Origin: a virus
Taxonomy: Duplodnaviria > Caudoviricetes
DNA: 54,454 bases
Strand: one strand, 5' to 3'
Virus record (IMG/VR): IMGVR_UViG_3300025141_000124
Location: 1-54,454 of that record
The notes below the pieces were generated by a model. It did no database searches. It had not been told where the DNA came from and saw only the letters and a list, made by a program, of their open reading frames with translations. The translations under genes and the position numbers were made by a program. Shown here piece after piece: positions 30,097 through 39,639 of the stretch (position 1 is the stretch's first letter; every line of letters begins with the position of its first letter).

Positions 30097-31098
30097 CTAG
30101 AAAGAATTCCTTCTTTTGATTGGGACAGAATTTGGATCCTCTTCTACTTGAGCCTCATCATCGAACGATGATGAAGTATTTCCAGAAGGCCCTATTGAGT
30201 TATTTCGATTCACAACTAGCCTAGGATTTCCTATATTATTCCCAGAGTCTATCACCGGAAATGATAGCTCATCACTTCCCGGAGATTGCCCCTTTGACTC
30301 TGTTGTTCCTAGGCTCATACTTGCTTCCTGATCATGATTAACTGGACTTCTATGCCATGGCATAAAGTTAGTTCTCTCTCCGGTTCTCCTTGTAACGGTA
30401 AAGCCGAAAGAATAATCAAAAAGCCCAGGTTGAGTAGCTAGTTCTGTTGTTGTAAAATTTGAAAAATATCCCCTAAAAAATTCTCCCTGATAATACATAT
30501 CAACGTTAGTTGCAAAGGCTGCCAAGCTAGGTATGGTTTTGAAGACTCCGGGCCTGCCGAGCCTTGCTCCGCTTTCTGATCCAAAAATTAAATCTATTGA
30601 ATTAGACACTCCATCCACAACCTGTGTGAATGCACCTCCCGTCAGGAGGTCCGAAACATTGGAAAATTTTCCAAATGCATCATCTCTTTTTGCCAAACTA
30701 TTTGCGGCATCTTTGGCATCTTGAGCTGCCGCCTCCGCAATCTCTCTTTGTCTTTTTATTAAAACCCTTCTGTATTGAATCTGCTCATGTCTATAAATAG
30801 ACCGAAGTATATTAATCCCCTCTATGCCAGATGAGCCGGTTGTTCCATTTACTTGAATTTTCGGAAGCTCCTCTCCCCAATACTGAACAATATATCCGCC
30901 CTTCGCAAGATCAGCCTTAACGAGCTTTGCCTCAGTAACAACAAAGTTTTGAGGATTAATATACATTTGTTTTTTATCCCAAAAAACCTCTCCATCTTTT
31001 GATGCAGAGTAAGGATTTTGATCATTAACAAAGGCTTCCATCTCTAATGGAAGAAAAAAGATAATTGTTTGCCTGCCTATTCTATGTTGGGATGTCAT
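30097..31098 (-). CDS. Tail tube initiator / baseplate tube-fold protein (gp48/gp54-like), 333 aa
   Basis: MYINPQNF...GGYIVQYWGEELPKIQVNGTTG and FRGYFSNFTTTE...PGLFDYSFGFTV; immediately follows the tape measure gene. Confidence 0.7.
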   Translation of the reverse strand: MTSQHRIGRQTIIFFLPLEMEAFVNDQNPYSASKDGEVFWDKKQMYINPQNFVVTEAKLVKADLAKGGYIVQYWGEELPKIQVNGTTGSSGIEGINILRSIYRHEQIQYRRVLIKRQREIAEAAAQDAKDAANSLAKRDDAFGKFSNVSDLLTGGAFTQVVDGVSNSIDLIFGSESGARLGRPGVFKTIPSLAAFATNVDMYYQGEFFRGYFSNFTTTELATQPGLFDYSFGFTVTRRTGERTNFMPWHRSPVNHDQEASMSLGTTESKGQSPGSDELSFPVIDSGNNIGNPRLVVNRNNSIGPSGNTSSSFDDEAQVEEDPNSVPIKRRNSF

Positions 31099-32958
31099 TT
31101 AATGATTTTCTGTTACTTGCTGCCCGAGGCTAGCGGAAATAGCAAGAAGATTTTTGAGTTCTTCAGTCATGCGGACGTCCACTACTACGTTTTTGTTGTT
31201 TTTGTTTGAATCAGTAAAAGCCCTGAGCGCTGCGGCTAAGTCGTCAGTTGTCGGCCCAGAACTTCCGCCGCCTGGGTCGCCGGATGGAGGAGTGGCTAAA
31301 TTTTGTTGTGTATTCCTATCGACTTTGCCAGCATCAGTTTCTGCTCCGAGAACACTTGCAGCTCCCGTCCCATCTGGGCCTGCACCTATTACTCCCAAAA
31401 GCCTATCAACTCCAGCTGCATAGGTGCCCACACCATCTCTCGCTGCTTTTGATCCGACGTCAACCATCTCTTCAAGTTTATCCCTAAGAAGCTCTGCGCC
31501 GCCTCTTTGTTTTAAAAGTGTTTCGCTCGCTATTACTGCCAACCAGTTTGATTGTGCGGCAAGATGCCTGTTTGACAGCTCAAGCTTATCTAGAGTCTGA
31601 TCTCTGCCATCTTTTTCTTTAGCTATCTGCTCTTCGAGTAATGCTTTTGCATCAAGATCTCCAGATCTTGTTGCATCATCTAGGTCAGCTAATAACTCAA
31701 GCGTTCTATTTGCTGACGCCTCATCCTTTATTCCAAACTGATTCACTAATAGTTTCTGCTGCATAAAAAAATCTTTCTCTAGCCCAGGACTTTCTGCGGC
31801 CTGTGAAACCGTCACAATATCGCCGCCAGTAAATGATGCCAAAGTATCTCTCATGCCCTTTGCTAATTCGGCTCCAAGATCTGCTTGACTTCCTGTTTTT
31901 TCTGCTTCCAAAACTGCGGCTTGCAATCCAATCGATGAGCTTAAAACTCCTCCGCCTCCGCCAATATCCAGGCCCCCTCTTTGAAAGATTAAATAAGCAT
32001 TTGCATAATCAGTTGTAAGGCTTGCTAATGAACTTGATAACCCTGCGGTTAAATCTGTTGCGTTTTCTATGCCCAGCCCCATATCATTCATCACTCTTGC
32101 AAACCCTTGCATTAGAGGAACGCCAAAGTCAGCAGATATGCCAAGTTTTGTAAATCCGGAAACAGCACTATTTAGGGTTTCAGAAACGCTTCTTATGCTG
32201 AGGCCAGTCTCCATTGATACTCCACCAAACATTGCCATCATCTCTAATGCGTCTTGAGCGCTTTTGCCCTGTTTGTTTAGAGCTGTGCTAAGAAGCCCCA
32301 TGCCTTCGTTGGCCGTTAGCCCACTTGCGGCTGCCAAAGACCATGCAGCAGCCAAAAGACTTGTGTCTCCAAGCCCTGTTCCAACAGTTTTGTTTAGCTG
32401 CTCTAGGGTTACATTTGTTCCTGCAGATGCATCTGCAAAAGCTTTTAGCTTGTCTCTCGTAAGGTGTAATGTTTCACCGAATTGACTATATGTTTCTTTC
32501 CTTAGGGCTTCTCCGAACTTAAAGGCTTGCTCAATCGTACCGCCAAATTTCTTATTTAGATCAAAAATACCGCTAGCAAAGGATCTCACATCCCTAGACG
32601 GAGCATCAAAAAAATCAAATGCAGCCTTAAGTCCTGCATCGCCAATACTAATAAAATCTGAAAAAGCGTCTCCGACTACCCCAATTCCTTTTCCCAGACC
32701 CTCGAAGCCTTCTCCAACCAGTGGACCGGTAGACATTAAGGTAGTTATAAACCCTAAAGAGTTTTTTCCGGCATCTACAAAGTTTTCTGCACTTTTCGCC
32801 AGATCCTCGAAGGCGCTTGTCATGTCGCCAACAGGCTTTGCGCTATCCGAGCCAAGACGACTCAGGCGATCAACAGCCTCTCCCATACTTGTGATCGCCT
32901 TAGCGGCTTTCAACGCGCTGTCGGTAGTCTTTTTAAACTTGCTATCTTCTGTCGTCAT
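31099..32958 (-). CDS. Tail tape measure protein, 619 aa
   Basis: Ala/Gly/Leu-rich helical sequence directly downstream of the frameshifting chaperone, the canonical tape measure position. Confidence 0.8.
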   Translation of the reverse strand: MTTEDSKFKKTTDSALKAAKAITSMGEAVDRLSRLGSDSAKPVGDMTSAFEDLAKSAENFVDAGKNSLGFITTLMSTGPLVGEGFEGLGKGIGVVGDAFSDFISIGDAGLKAAFDFFDAPSRDVRSFASGIFDLNKKFGGTIEQAFKFGEALRKETYSQFGETLHLTRDKLKAFADASAGTNVTLEQLNKTVGTGLGDTSLLAAAWSLAAASGLTANEGMGLLSTALNKQGKSAQDALEMMAMFGGVSMETGLSIRSVSETLNSAVSGFTKLGISADFGVPLMQGFARVMNDMGLGIENATDLTAGLSSSLASLTTDYANAYLIFQRGGLDIGGGGGVLSSSIGLQAAVLEAEKTGSQADLGAELAKGMRDTLASFTGGDIVTVSQAAESPGLEKDFFMQQKLLVNQFGIKDEASANRTLELLADLDDATRSGDLDAKALLEEQIAKEKDGRDQTLDKLELSNRHLAAQSNWLAVIASETLLKQRGGAELLRDKLEEMVDVGSKAARDGVGTYAAGVDRLLGVIGAGPDGTGAASVLGAETDAGKVDRNTQQNLATPPSGDPGGGSSGPTTDDLAAALRAFTDSNKNNKNVVVDVRMTEELKNLLAISASLGQQVTENH

Positions 32959-32966
32959 AAATTAAC

Positions 32967-33889
32967 CTATTCTTCTTTTGCAAGATTAAGGAGCCCAGCC
33001 AAATTCTTTGGCAAACGGACATTTCTTCCGTCTCTAGCTCTCTCATTATCATATAAATTAGTATTTTTATACTTTTCTTTAATAGCCTGAACAATATGGT
33101 CGTCTTTGAATGATCCGTCTAGTATTTGCTTCTCGAACTCTTCGTCATCCATAAACCTTGGATCATCAACCGAGTCTCGAGAATCACGAACCTGCTTAAC
33201 TGCCTCTGCATTCCAGAATGATGCAAGATACTCTGTTAGGCTTAATTGGTAGTCATATTGATCTGACTCATCTTGATAAAACATTTGAGCATACCAAGCC
33301 CACTGCTCTCTGGTTATTTCAGAGAACTTTTCATCATCGACTTTGCAGCCCCAAATTTTGCAGAGTTTCCAACGGAGCCTACTGATAGGCTCCGTTGCTA
33401 TTTTTTTAGCTCTTCTAACCCGACCTCTTTAGACGAAGTTTTGGTAAGCTCTTCATGAACACGATGTAATCTTTCAACTACTGATAGCTGCAGCCCTAGC
33501 ACAACGCTTAGGCGCTTATCCTCATCAGAAATAATCTCAGTATCTTCACATAAATCAGCCAGTGGTACGCCGTTAATTGTTCTTAAAGAGAATGACAGAG
33601 TAAGGGGCCTGATATCAAGAAGTCTATCGACTTCCTCTGAGGTCATAATCTTCCTCATAATACTTTTTTGTTCATTTATATTTAAAGTTGAAATCTCAAA
33701 CGTAAAGCCGCCGATGACTTCTTTCCTTGTAAGCCTCCCAAGAAAGGCTAAATCTTTTAAAGAAGACATGCTTAGCTTATTCTGCTTCGGCTCTTCGGTT
33801 TTATCTAATTTAACTGGATCTTGACTCACGGGGCTCTCTCCATCTGCTTGCTCATTATTATTTGAGACTTGTCCTGATCTTCTTGGCAT
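32967..33889 (-). CDS. Tail assembly chaperone long form (lambda gpGT analogue) made by -1 frameshift, about 307 aa; join(33889..33401, 33401..32967)
   Basis: Slippery heptamer A AAA AAA (33407-33401) precedes the TAG; the -1 frame reads IATEPISRLRWKLCKIWGCKVDDEKFSEITREQWAWYAQ straight into the track ORF MFYQDE (33284-32967), which has no clear SD. Confidence 0.85.
33370..33407 (-). promoter_or_regulatory. Programmed -1 ribosomal frameshift signal: A AAA AAA plus downstream 12-bp perfect hairpin
   Basis: Minus strand CTA AAA AAA TAG CAACGGAGCCTA-TCAG-TAGGCTCCGTTG. Confidence 0.85.
33398..33889 (-). CDS. Tail assembly chaperone short form (lambda gpG analogue), 163 aa
   Basis: Between tube and tape measure genes; GGAG SD; ends ...GLEELKK* on the slippery site. 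Confidence 0.85.
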   Translation of the reverse strand: MPRRSGQVSNNNEQADGESPVSQDPVKLDKTEEPKQNKLSMSSLKDLAFLGRLTRKEVIGGFTFEISTLNINEQKSIMRKIMTSEEVDRLLDIRPLTLSFSLRTINGVPLADLCEDTEIISDEDKRLSVVLGLQLSVVERLHRVHEELTKTSSKEVGLEELKK

Positions 33890-33941
33890 ATTTAAACTCC
33901 ACTTGCTTCCATAATACTTAAAATCTTTAAAGATTATCCCT

Positions 33942-33977
33942 CAAAATGCAAAACGCCGCCCAAAAAGGCGGCGCTTT
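33942..33977 (-). terminator. Rho-independent terminator after the tail tube gene
   Basis: Minus strand AAAG-CGCCGCC-TTTTTG-GGCGGCG-TTTTGCATTTTG, about 20 nt after the tube stop; consistent with higher sheath/tube expression than downstream genes. Confidence 0.8.
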
Positions 33978-33997
33978 AACCTAACCTCTTAAGCTGT

Positions 33998-34630
33998 CTA
34001 GTATGCTGCTGATATAAGCCCTGGGAAGTCCAGAGCACCTCTGCGCTCACCAGAGTCTGCGGCACCTTCAACGCTATCATAGCTTCTACCGGGAATCTCT
34101 CTGGAGCCCTGTACGCCCTGGCTGAGAGAAACAGGCTCGCCACCTCTAGTTGTAGACATATGCTCTGCAGATACTGTTGCAGTTTCTGCAATAGTATAGT
34201 CAGCAGCTGAATAAGTCTTTCCGAGTGCGCTGAACCAGCAGTTATGATAAGTAGTAACTACTGCATCATTTCCACTTCCAGAGAACTTATCAATGATAAC
34301 AATGTCAAACGGCATTCTCTGCGACTGAATATTTCTAAATCCTCTTGAAAAAGCCTCAGGAAGAGATATGCCATCAAAGACAATCCTATTGATCTGCAAG
34401 TTAAACGTTGCTGACTGATTTGGGACTATCTCAATCTGTCCATCTGTGCCAATTTCAGAAATGGGCTTCAGAGTCCTAGCTTGCGACTCGGTTATTGTCT
34501 GGATAGCGCCGACCGGCTCGTTGTTTACATAAACAATGATCTGTGTAGATAATCCGGCGCGAGTTCTTCCTCCGGTTGCCGGAGGAGGACTTCCGTCGAA
34601 AAGAGTTCCTGTACTTGGATAATCTGCCAT
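33998..34630 (-). CDS. Tail tube protein (contractile tail), 210 aa
   Basis: VGAIQTITESQAR...EIGTDGQIEIVP...PFDIVIID...TTYHNCWF...YTIAETATVSAE; directly downstream of the sheath; AGGAG SD. Confidence 0.9.
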   Translation of the reverse strand: MADYPSTGTLFDGSPPPATGGRTRAGLSTQIIVYVNNEPVGAIQTITESQARTLKPISEIGTDGQIEIVPNQSATFNLQINRIVFDGISLPEAFSRGFRNIQSQRMPFDIVIIDKFSGSGNDAVVTTYHNCWFSALGKTYSAADYTIAETATVSAEHMSTTRGGEPVSLSQGVQGSREIPGRSYDSVEGAADSGERRGALDFPGLISAAY

Positions 34631-34642
34631 TACTTTCTCCTA

Positions 34643-37600
34643 TTAAATTACGCCGACTTCGATATCTATAAAGATATAGTTGATCGGGTAAGCTGGAGCG
34701 AACTGTAGGAAGACGTTAATCTGTCTTGGATCAACCTTATCCTGTTCAACTCTGATATTTTTAAAACTTGTAACCAAACCCTGGCTAACTAATCCAGACA
34801 TAATCGTTCTAACTCTTGCGCCCATTAATACGTTTGTATCTGCGTTCTGAACTCCACCGATAAACGGCCTTAGAGAAGATCTCAGAGTCTGTTTTACGGC
34901 ATCTCTAATGAAGATAATTGAGATCTCTTCATCTTCAACAAATCCTGATTGACTTGTGGTTCTTCCTGCGAGGACTCTTCCTCCACCGGTAATTGGCTGC
35001 AGCAAAGTCGCTCCAACGCCTCCAAGCTGGTTCTGAATAATTGGACGATAAACCTTATCTCTTGTTAGAGAGAATCCTGATAGAGATTTGTCAGTCAATG
35101 GAATTGCAACATTCTGTTTAGCTGACAAGAATCCTGCCGCCGCCGCTCCCATGTAGAATCCGTGAAGACTAACATTTGTTCCGTTCACATTTCTTACAAT
35201 TGAATCGGGATAGAAGTAAACTGCTCGATTACTTGTGTAGTTATCGCTCAGCTTGAAGTTGACTAAGTCCTCTATGTTTCCGTCGAGAACCTCTTGCGCC
35301 TCATCTCCTTGTATGCCCTCTATGATTCCAATATCTTCAATTGCGATCAATGAAGTTCCGATAAGTGCAGCCGGAGTAACGCCAATCTGCGCGCCGATGA
35401 ATGCAACTCGCTCTTTTCGGTTAGCAACAGAACTCATATTTTCACAGTGATTAACTGTTGCTCGGAAGATAGATGAAATCGCCTGATTTGGGAGAGGAAC
35501 AATTATCTGAGCTTCAGCCGCCTCTAATGCCTCTAGTGCATTAAACCAGTTAGTATCAAAGAAGTCTGCATCATTCTCATCTATGTAAGAAATCTTTAGA
35601 CCGTCGCCCTCCTGAATCACCCCGCTAGTAACTAGATCTTCATGAAGCAGTAATAGGGCGTCATCTGCATTTGAATCAGATGGATCCTTTACGAAGAACT
35701 GCACATCAGAATAAGTCTTAGTTAGCGCCAGTGCGGTTGCGACGTTAGAACTAACCGTGACAAGAGAATCATCTTCTACCGTATCTATCTTTAATTCAAC
35801 AGATGGAACAAGAAGGACTGCGCCATGAAGCTCATTTGAAATATCTGCTACAGATGTATATACGGTCCCTACCGAATCTTCCATACTAGTAATTACAATT
35901 ACATTTCCTACATCTTCGCCATCGAAATCAATTTCGGGGGTAGAGAAGTATTCTGCTCCAGATTCTGTACCAATAGTTCCTTCGTCACCACTTCCGACAA
36001 CCTCAAGGGCTGCATCAACAACAGTATATGCGAAGGCATTATCAGAGCTACCTACCCAGTTCCCCTGCTGAATATCAGTAGATAGCTGAGAGTTATAAAA
36101 GCTAGCTTTATTCGGGAAAATCTGAGTTTCATCACCGTCTCTTATGATAAAGATATTAACTCTAGTATCTGCATCTGGCTTTCCACTTCTAAGTCCGGTA
36201 ATTGGCCTAGGAATTGTAAATCTTAGATCATCAACCTCACACGCATCAGCTGACAAAGTTCCAGCATTATAGCAAGCCGAGAAGCCACCAACACCCAAAG
36301 AGTTTCTTTCCTCAAGGAGCGTAACAGATGTTCTTCGCGGAACCGGAGGCTTACACTGTAGTGCTAGCAGGCCGGGTGCTCCGTTCTCTAAAATAAGCTG
36401 AGTGCCAAGCGAAAGAGTATTTTCTGTGCTTGGCAGGCCATGTTTCTGGAATAAATCTGAAGACTCAGTGAAAAACTCTGGATCATTCAAATCAATCGCA
36501 GCAATATACTTCGCTGTGAGATTATCTCCGCGACCTAGAGCTCTAGAGCTTATATCTACAAAGAATCTATCACCAACCTCAAAGCTTGTTGCGCCCTCCT
36601 GAATTCCCAAAAGTAGCACTCCGTTATTCTCTAGAAGATGGAACGTTAGGCCCTCTGCTGCCAGACCATCAACAGAGGCTCCAGAAGCCTCCTCAAGGTC
36701 TTGGAATCCAACCAATGGGGAGTCTAGGTCACTGACCCTAACTCGCCGCGAGGATGTAACCTGATCGATCTTAAACAGACCGCCGTCGAAGTCGCCGCCA
36801 TTGCAGATTAGAACAGTCCTTCCTACATCTGCGCTTGTAAAGTTACCGGCAGTTGATGGCGCTCCAGTGAGCATATTATGAACAATGGCCGGATTATCAA
36901 TCAGAAGATTAGTAGCTCTAATATCCCAATCATAAAGGTCTGCTTCATCCCAAGCTGGGTCTGCCGGTCCAAGACTGTCCGTCGTTACTGTAATCGTAGT
37001 ATCAGTGCCATCGTATGTGATATCTTCAATCTCATAACCTACATAGCCGTCTAGGCAGAGGAAGTCTCCGGTGAGGGCCTGTCCTTGGCTGACTAAGTCG
37101 GCTCCAGAGACTAGGAAGGTATTACTTGTGGTGAGAGTTGTATCTCCAGTTCTCATAACAATACTTCCCTGAGGGAAGGTAGTTATCAAAGAACTTCCGC
37201 TTGCAACAACTACTCCGTCAGCGCATTCTGCGATGTTTCCGGAGATAGCTCCGTTCGCGCTAGTGAAATAGCTGCTAGAGAAAGTTAGAGGATTTCCAAA
37301 ACTATCATAAAGCTGACCAGAAGTATCTCCAGTGGCAGTAAATGTTGCCAGACCAGAAATCGGATCACCATTAGAATCTCTAATAACACTTACACATCGA
37401 ATCGTCCACCTTTCACTTGGGGCCGAGTCGTCTAGAATATCTAGAGTTATAAGCGGAGTACAATCGTCGTTATCAACAATGATTCCAGTTCCAATATTTC
37501 CGGAGCCTGCAGAGTACCCCTTGCCATCTTGATCGCCAATCGATGCACCTCTTAGTTCTATGCGCCCATTGGATATATCAAGTCTATAATCAAACGGCAA

Positions 37601-37921
37601 AGCAACGCCCGAGGCGTCAATTACTTCCTGCTTTCCGAAGAGAAGCGTTCCATTTAATCGCAGTTCTGTTCTGCCGCTTATAACGGGAACATTTGATAGC
37701 TCAAAAAACCTACCATCACCGGTCCCTGTCGGGCTCCAGCTTGATTCCCCATCAGCACCGCCGCCGGCCGCAGATTGAACAATTGTTTCCTCTCTTAAGC
37801 CTTCGCCTAAAGCTGCCACAATTCTTATCCCGCCCGGAATAGAAACGCTACGAGATACAACCCGATCTCTTGCAAATGCTCCGGGCTGTACGAAGCCTGT
37901 TATTCCTGGTATATTAGCCAT
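34643..37921 (-). CDS. Tail sheath protein, 1092 aa
   Basis: N-terminal PGAFARDR...IVAALGEG; C-terminal sheath core HCENMSSVANRKERVAFIG, RAVYFYPD, EISIIFIRD, VEQDKVDPRQINVFLQFAPAYPINYIFI; GGAGG SD. Confidence 0.95.
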   Translation of the reverse strand: MANIPGITGFVQPGAFARDRVVSRSVSIPGGIRIVAALGEGLREETIVQSAAGGGADGESSWSPTGTGDGRFFELSNVPVISGRTELRLNGTLLFGKQEVIDASGVALPFDYRLDISNGRIELRGASIGDQDGKGYSAGSGNIGTGIIVDNDDCTPLITLDILDDSAPSERWTIRCVSVIRDSNGDPISGLATFTATGDTSGQLYDSFGNPLTFSSSYFTSANGAISGNIAECADGVVVASGSSLITTFPQGSIVMRTGDTTLTTSNTFLVSGADLVSQGQALTGDFLCLDGYVGYEIEDITYDGTDTTITVTTDSLGPADPAWDEADLYDWDIRATNLLIDNPAIVHNMLTGAPSTAGNFTSADVGRTVLICNGGDFDGGLFKIDQVTSSRRVRVSDLDSPLVGFQDLEEASGASVDGLAAEGLTFHLLENNGVLLLGIQEGATSFEVGDRFFVDISSRALGRGDNLTAKYIAAIDLNDPEFFTESSDLFQKHGLPSTENTLSLGTQLILENGAPGLLALQCKPPVPRRTSVTLLEERNSLGVGGFSACYNAGTLSADACEVDDLRFTIPRPITGLRSGKPDADTRVNIFIIRDGDETQIFPNKASFYNSQLSTDIQQGNWVGSSDNAFAYTVVDAALEVVGSGDEGTIGTESGAEYFSTPEIDFDGEDVGNVIVITSMEDSVGTVYTSVADISNELHGAVLLVPSVELKIDTVEDDSLVTVSSNVATALALTKTYSDVQFFVKDPSDSNADDALLLLHEDLVTSGVIQEGDGLKISYIDENDADFFDTNWFNALEALEAAEAQIIVPLPNQAISSIFRATVNHCENMSSVANRKERVAFIGAQIGVTPAALIGTSLIAIEDIGIIEGIQGDEAQEVLDGNIEDLVNFKLSDNYTSNRAVYFYPDSIVRNVNGTNVSLHGFYMGAAAAGFLSAKQNVAIPLTDKSLSGFSLTRDKVYRPIIQNQLGGVGATLLQPITGGGRVLAGRTTSQSGFVEDEEISIIFIRDAVKQTLRSSLRPFIGGVQNADTNVLMGARVRTIMSGLVSQGLVTSFKNIRVEQDKVDPRQINVFLQFAPAYPINYIFIDIEVGVI

Positions 37922-37964
37922 CTACGATCCTCCGTTTTTGCAATAACTCATCAAATTATTTATT

Positions 37965-37971
37965 ATTAGTA
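37965..37971 (-). promoter_or_regulatory. Candidate late-promoter motif TACTAAT upstream of the sheath gene
   Basis: Same heptamer in the same orientation in the intergenic gaps at 48384-48390 and 51809-51815. Confidence 0.5.
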
Positions 37972-37980
37972 GTTTCATTT

Positions 37981-38790
37981 TTAATCTATTTCTGTCAAAT
38001 CAATTAGGTCATCAAATCTTCGAGCAAGAAGATCTGCATCTGTTTTTTCGCCTGGAATAGGATGCCAGGTAGGTTCCATTGTAAATACGATCTTCTCAAC
38101 TATGTTTTCGATAGGGACTTCCACTCTCCACTCTGAATAAGTTGATATACTTATCGCTGCATTATATACATAGTCATTAGCATAAGGCTCCGCATTTTCT
38201 GCACCAATTGATAGTTGATGAATAAATAATCCGTTTGCCCTTAACTCATTCCACAAAGAATATTGTAAGGCCAGTGAAACAATATCTGTAAGTTCCTGTA
38301 GCTCTGCCTGACTTTCTGAATAAATTCCTACATCAAACCTAAGATCCCAGCGACCCGTATACACTCTATGTGTTGGAGTACTTACAACTCTTCTATCACC
38401 ATATGCTGTTTCTAGCAAATCTGTCCTATACTTATAGGTCATATTTTGATTAAAAGATATAGGCTTATAAGCTCCGCCATTTGACTTTATAACAATGGCT
38501 GGGAAGAACTTTACTTCATAACGGTAAGTGTCGCTAATTAATATCTTAGTAGTTAGGGCTGAATCAACATCTATTCCGGTCTGATCCGGAGTTAGTGGAT
38601 AGCCATACTCGTCAGCTCTGTAAGTAAATATGCTATCATTTTTAAAAATCTTTCTAAGTCCATCTATCAATAATGACTTCGGGTGGACAACTGCAGTTTG
38701 CTGAACTACATAATGATCAGAAAAAAAGCTAGAATATACAATATGATCGCCACTTAACCCTGTCCCTGGTAAATTTTGTTCATCTATCAT
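37981..38790 (-). CDS. Tail completion / terminator protein, 269 aa
   Basis: Position just upstream of the sheath; FPAIVIK...FDVGIYSESQAELQELTDIV pattern typical of tail-terminator folds. Confidence 0.65.
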   Translation of the reverse strand: MIDEQNLPGTGLSGDHIVYSSFFSDHYVVQQTAVVHPKSLLIDGLRKIFKNDSIFTYRADEYGYPLTPDQTGIDVDSALTTKILISDTYRYEVKFFPAIVIKSNGGAYKPISFNQNMTYKYRTDLLETAYGDRRVVSTPTHRVYTGRWDLRFDVGIYSESQAELQELTDIVSLALQYSLWNELRANGLFIHQLSIGAENAEPYANDYVYNAAISISTYSEWRVEVPIENIVEKIVFTMEPTWHPIPGEKTDADLLARRFDDLIDLTEID

Positions 38791-38804
38791 ATTTAAGCCT
38801 ACGT

Positions 38805-39146
38805 TTACCTATAATTAATAGGTAGATATTTTAGTTCTTCTATATCAGCGGATTGTTCGTAAAAATGAACTATTTCTTTAACTAACTTATCTAACTTCTG
38901 CTTATCGGCTAAGTCTTCTTCTTTTAAAAGAATTGATTTTTTTATAGTTAGCTCAACTACAATATCATTATTGTCACTAGTATTACTAGATAAATTACCA
39001 GAAACAATCTCAACAGATCCGCTATCACGAATTAGTGACAGCTCTAATGTTTCATCTTTTTTCAATAGATCCGCTAACTTCGTGATTGTCTTCGCTAATA
39101 TTGTATTCTCTTTAATTCTTTTGTTAATAAATTTAATAACAAGCAT
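38805..39146 (-). CDS. Hypothetical protein, 113 aa
   Basis: ORF abuts the upstream stop (TAAATG) with GAGGT upstream, inside the operon. Confidence 0.65.
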   Translation of the reverse strand: MLVIKFINKRIKENTILAKTITKLADLLKKDETLELSLIRDSGSVEIVSGNLSSNTSDNNDIVVELTIKKSILLKEEDLADKQKLDKLVKEIVHFYEQSADIEELKYLPINYR

Positions 39147-39638
39147 TTATCTAACCTCATATTCACTATCTGAATTGGTAAGCACAATAGTTCTATTTAT
39201 TGGCTTAAAGTTTTTGTGAATATATTCTACACCGTATCTGCCTGGAGGCAACCTAACATCCCAGTAGCCATCAGAATTTGTCTTATTATCTTTTACCATC
39301 TCATTTTTTTCATCAAAAATCTTTACAGCAACGTCGGTGAGTGGCTTTTTCCCTTTGTTTACAATGTATCCGAATACTTTTACTTTTCCAAGGAGAAGTT
39401 TTTCAACTTTCTGTTGACTAGAAGAATTTTGTGGGCTATTAATCTTAACAGGAGCTACTGCAACGGCGGATCCTACTTCCACTGCAGTAGGCGAAGGAGC
39501 CCGAGCGAACTTCGAAACCTTATTACTCAAGATCTTAACGTTATCATCAATTACGTGAAGTCGCTTCTCCATAATATCAAGTCTATCTAGGATTTGATAT
39601 ATGGCATCAATTGCCGATATTTCCTTTTCACTTGACAT
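39147..39638 (-). CDS. Coiled-coil plus carboxypeptidase-regulatory-like (transthyretin-type beta-sandwich) domain protein
   Basis: VFGYIVNKGKKPLTDVAVKIFD...TNSDGYWDVRLPPGRYGVEYIHKNFKP. ATG at 39638, just after the previous stop, is preferred over the track TTG at 39653. Confidence 0.7.
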   Translation of the reverse strand: MSSEKEISAIDAIYQILDRLDIMEKRLHVIDDNVKILSNKVSKFARAPSPTAVEVGSAVAVAPVKINSPQNSSSQQKVEKLLLGKVKVFGYIVNKGKKPLTDVAVKIFDEKNEMVKDNKTNSDGYWDVRLPPGRYGVEYIHKNFKPINRTIVLTNSDSEYEVR

Positions 39639-39639
39639 A

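Noticed and set aside
32967-33284. Stand-alone 105-aa gene
   Set aside because: Better explained as the 3' part of the -1 frameshift product; no clear SD, and the frame is open back to the slippery site.
9228-38790. Bacterial contractile injection system (eCIS, tailocin or T6SS)
   Set aside because: A head-closure-like gene and G/GT frameshift are present, while no AAA ATPase, T6SS membrane complex or host genes are seen. Phage is favoured, although capsid and terminase lie outside the window.
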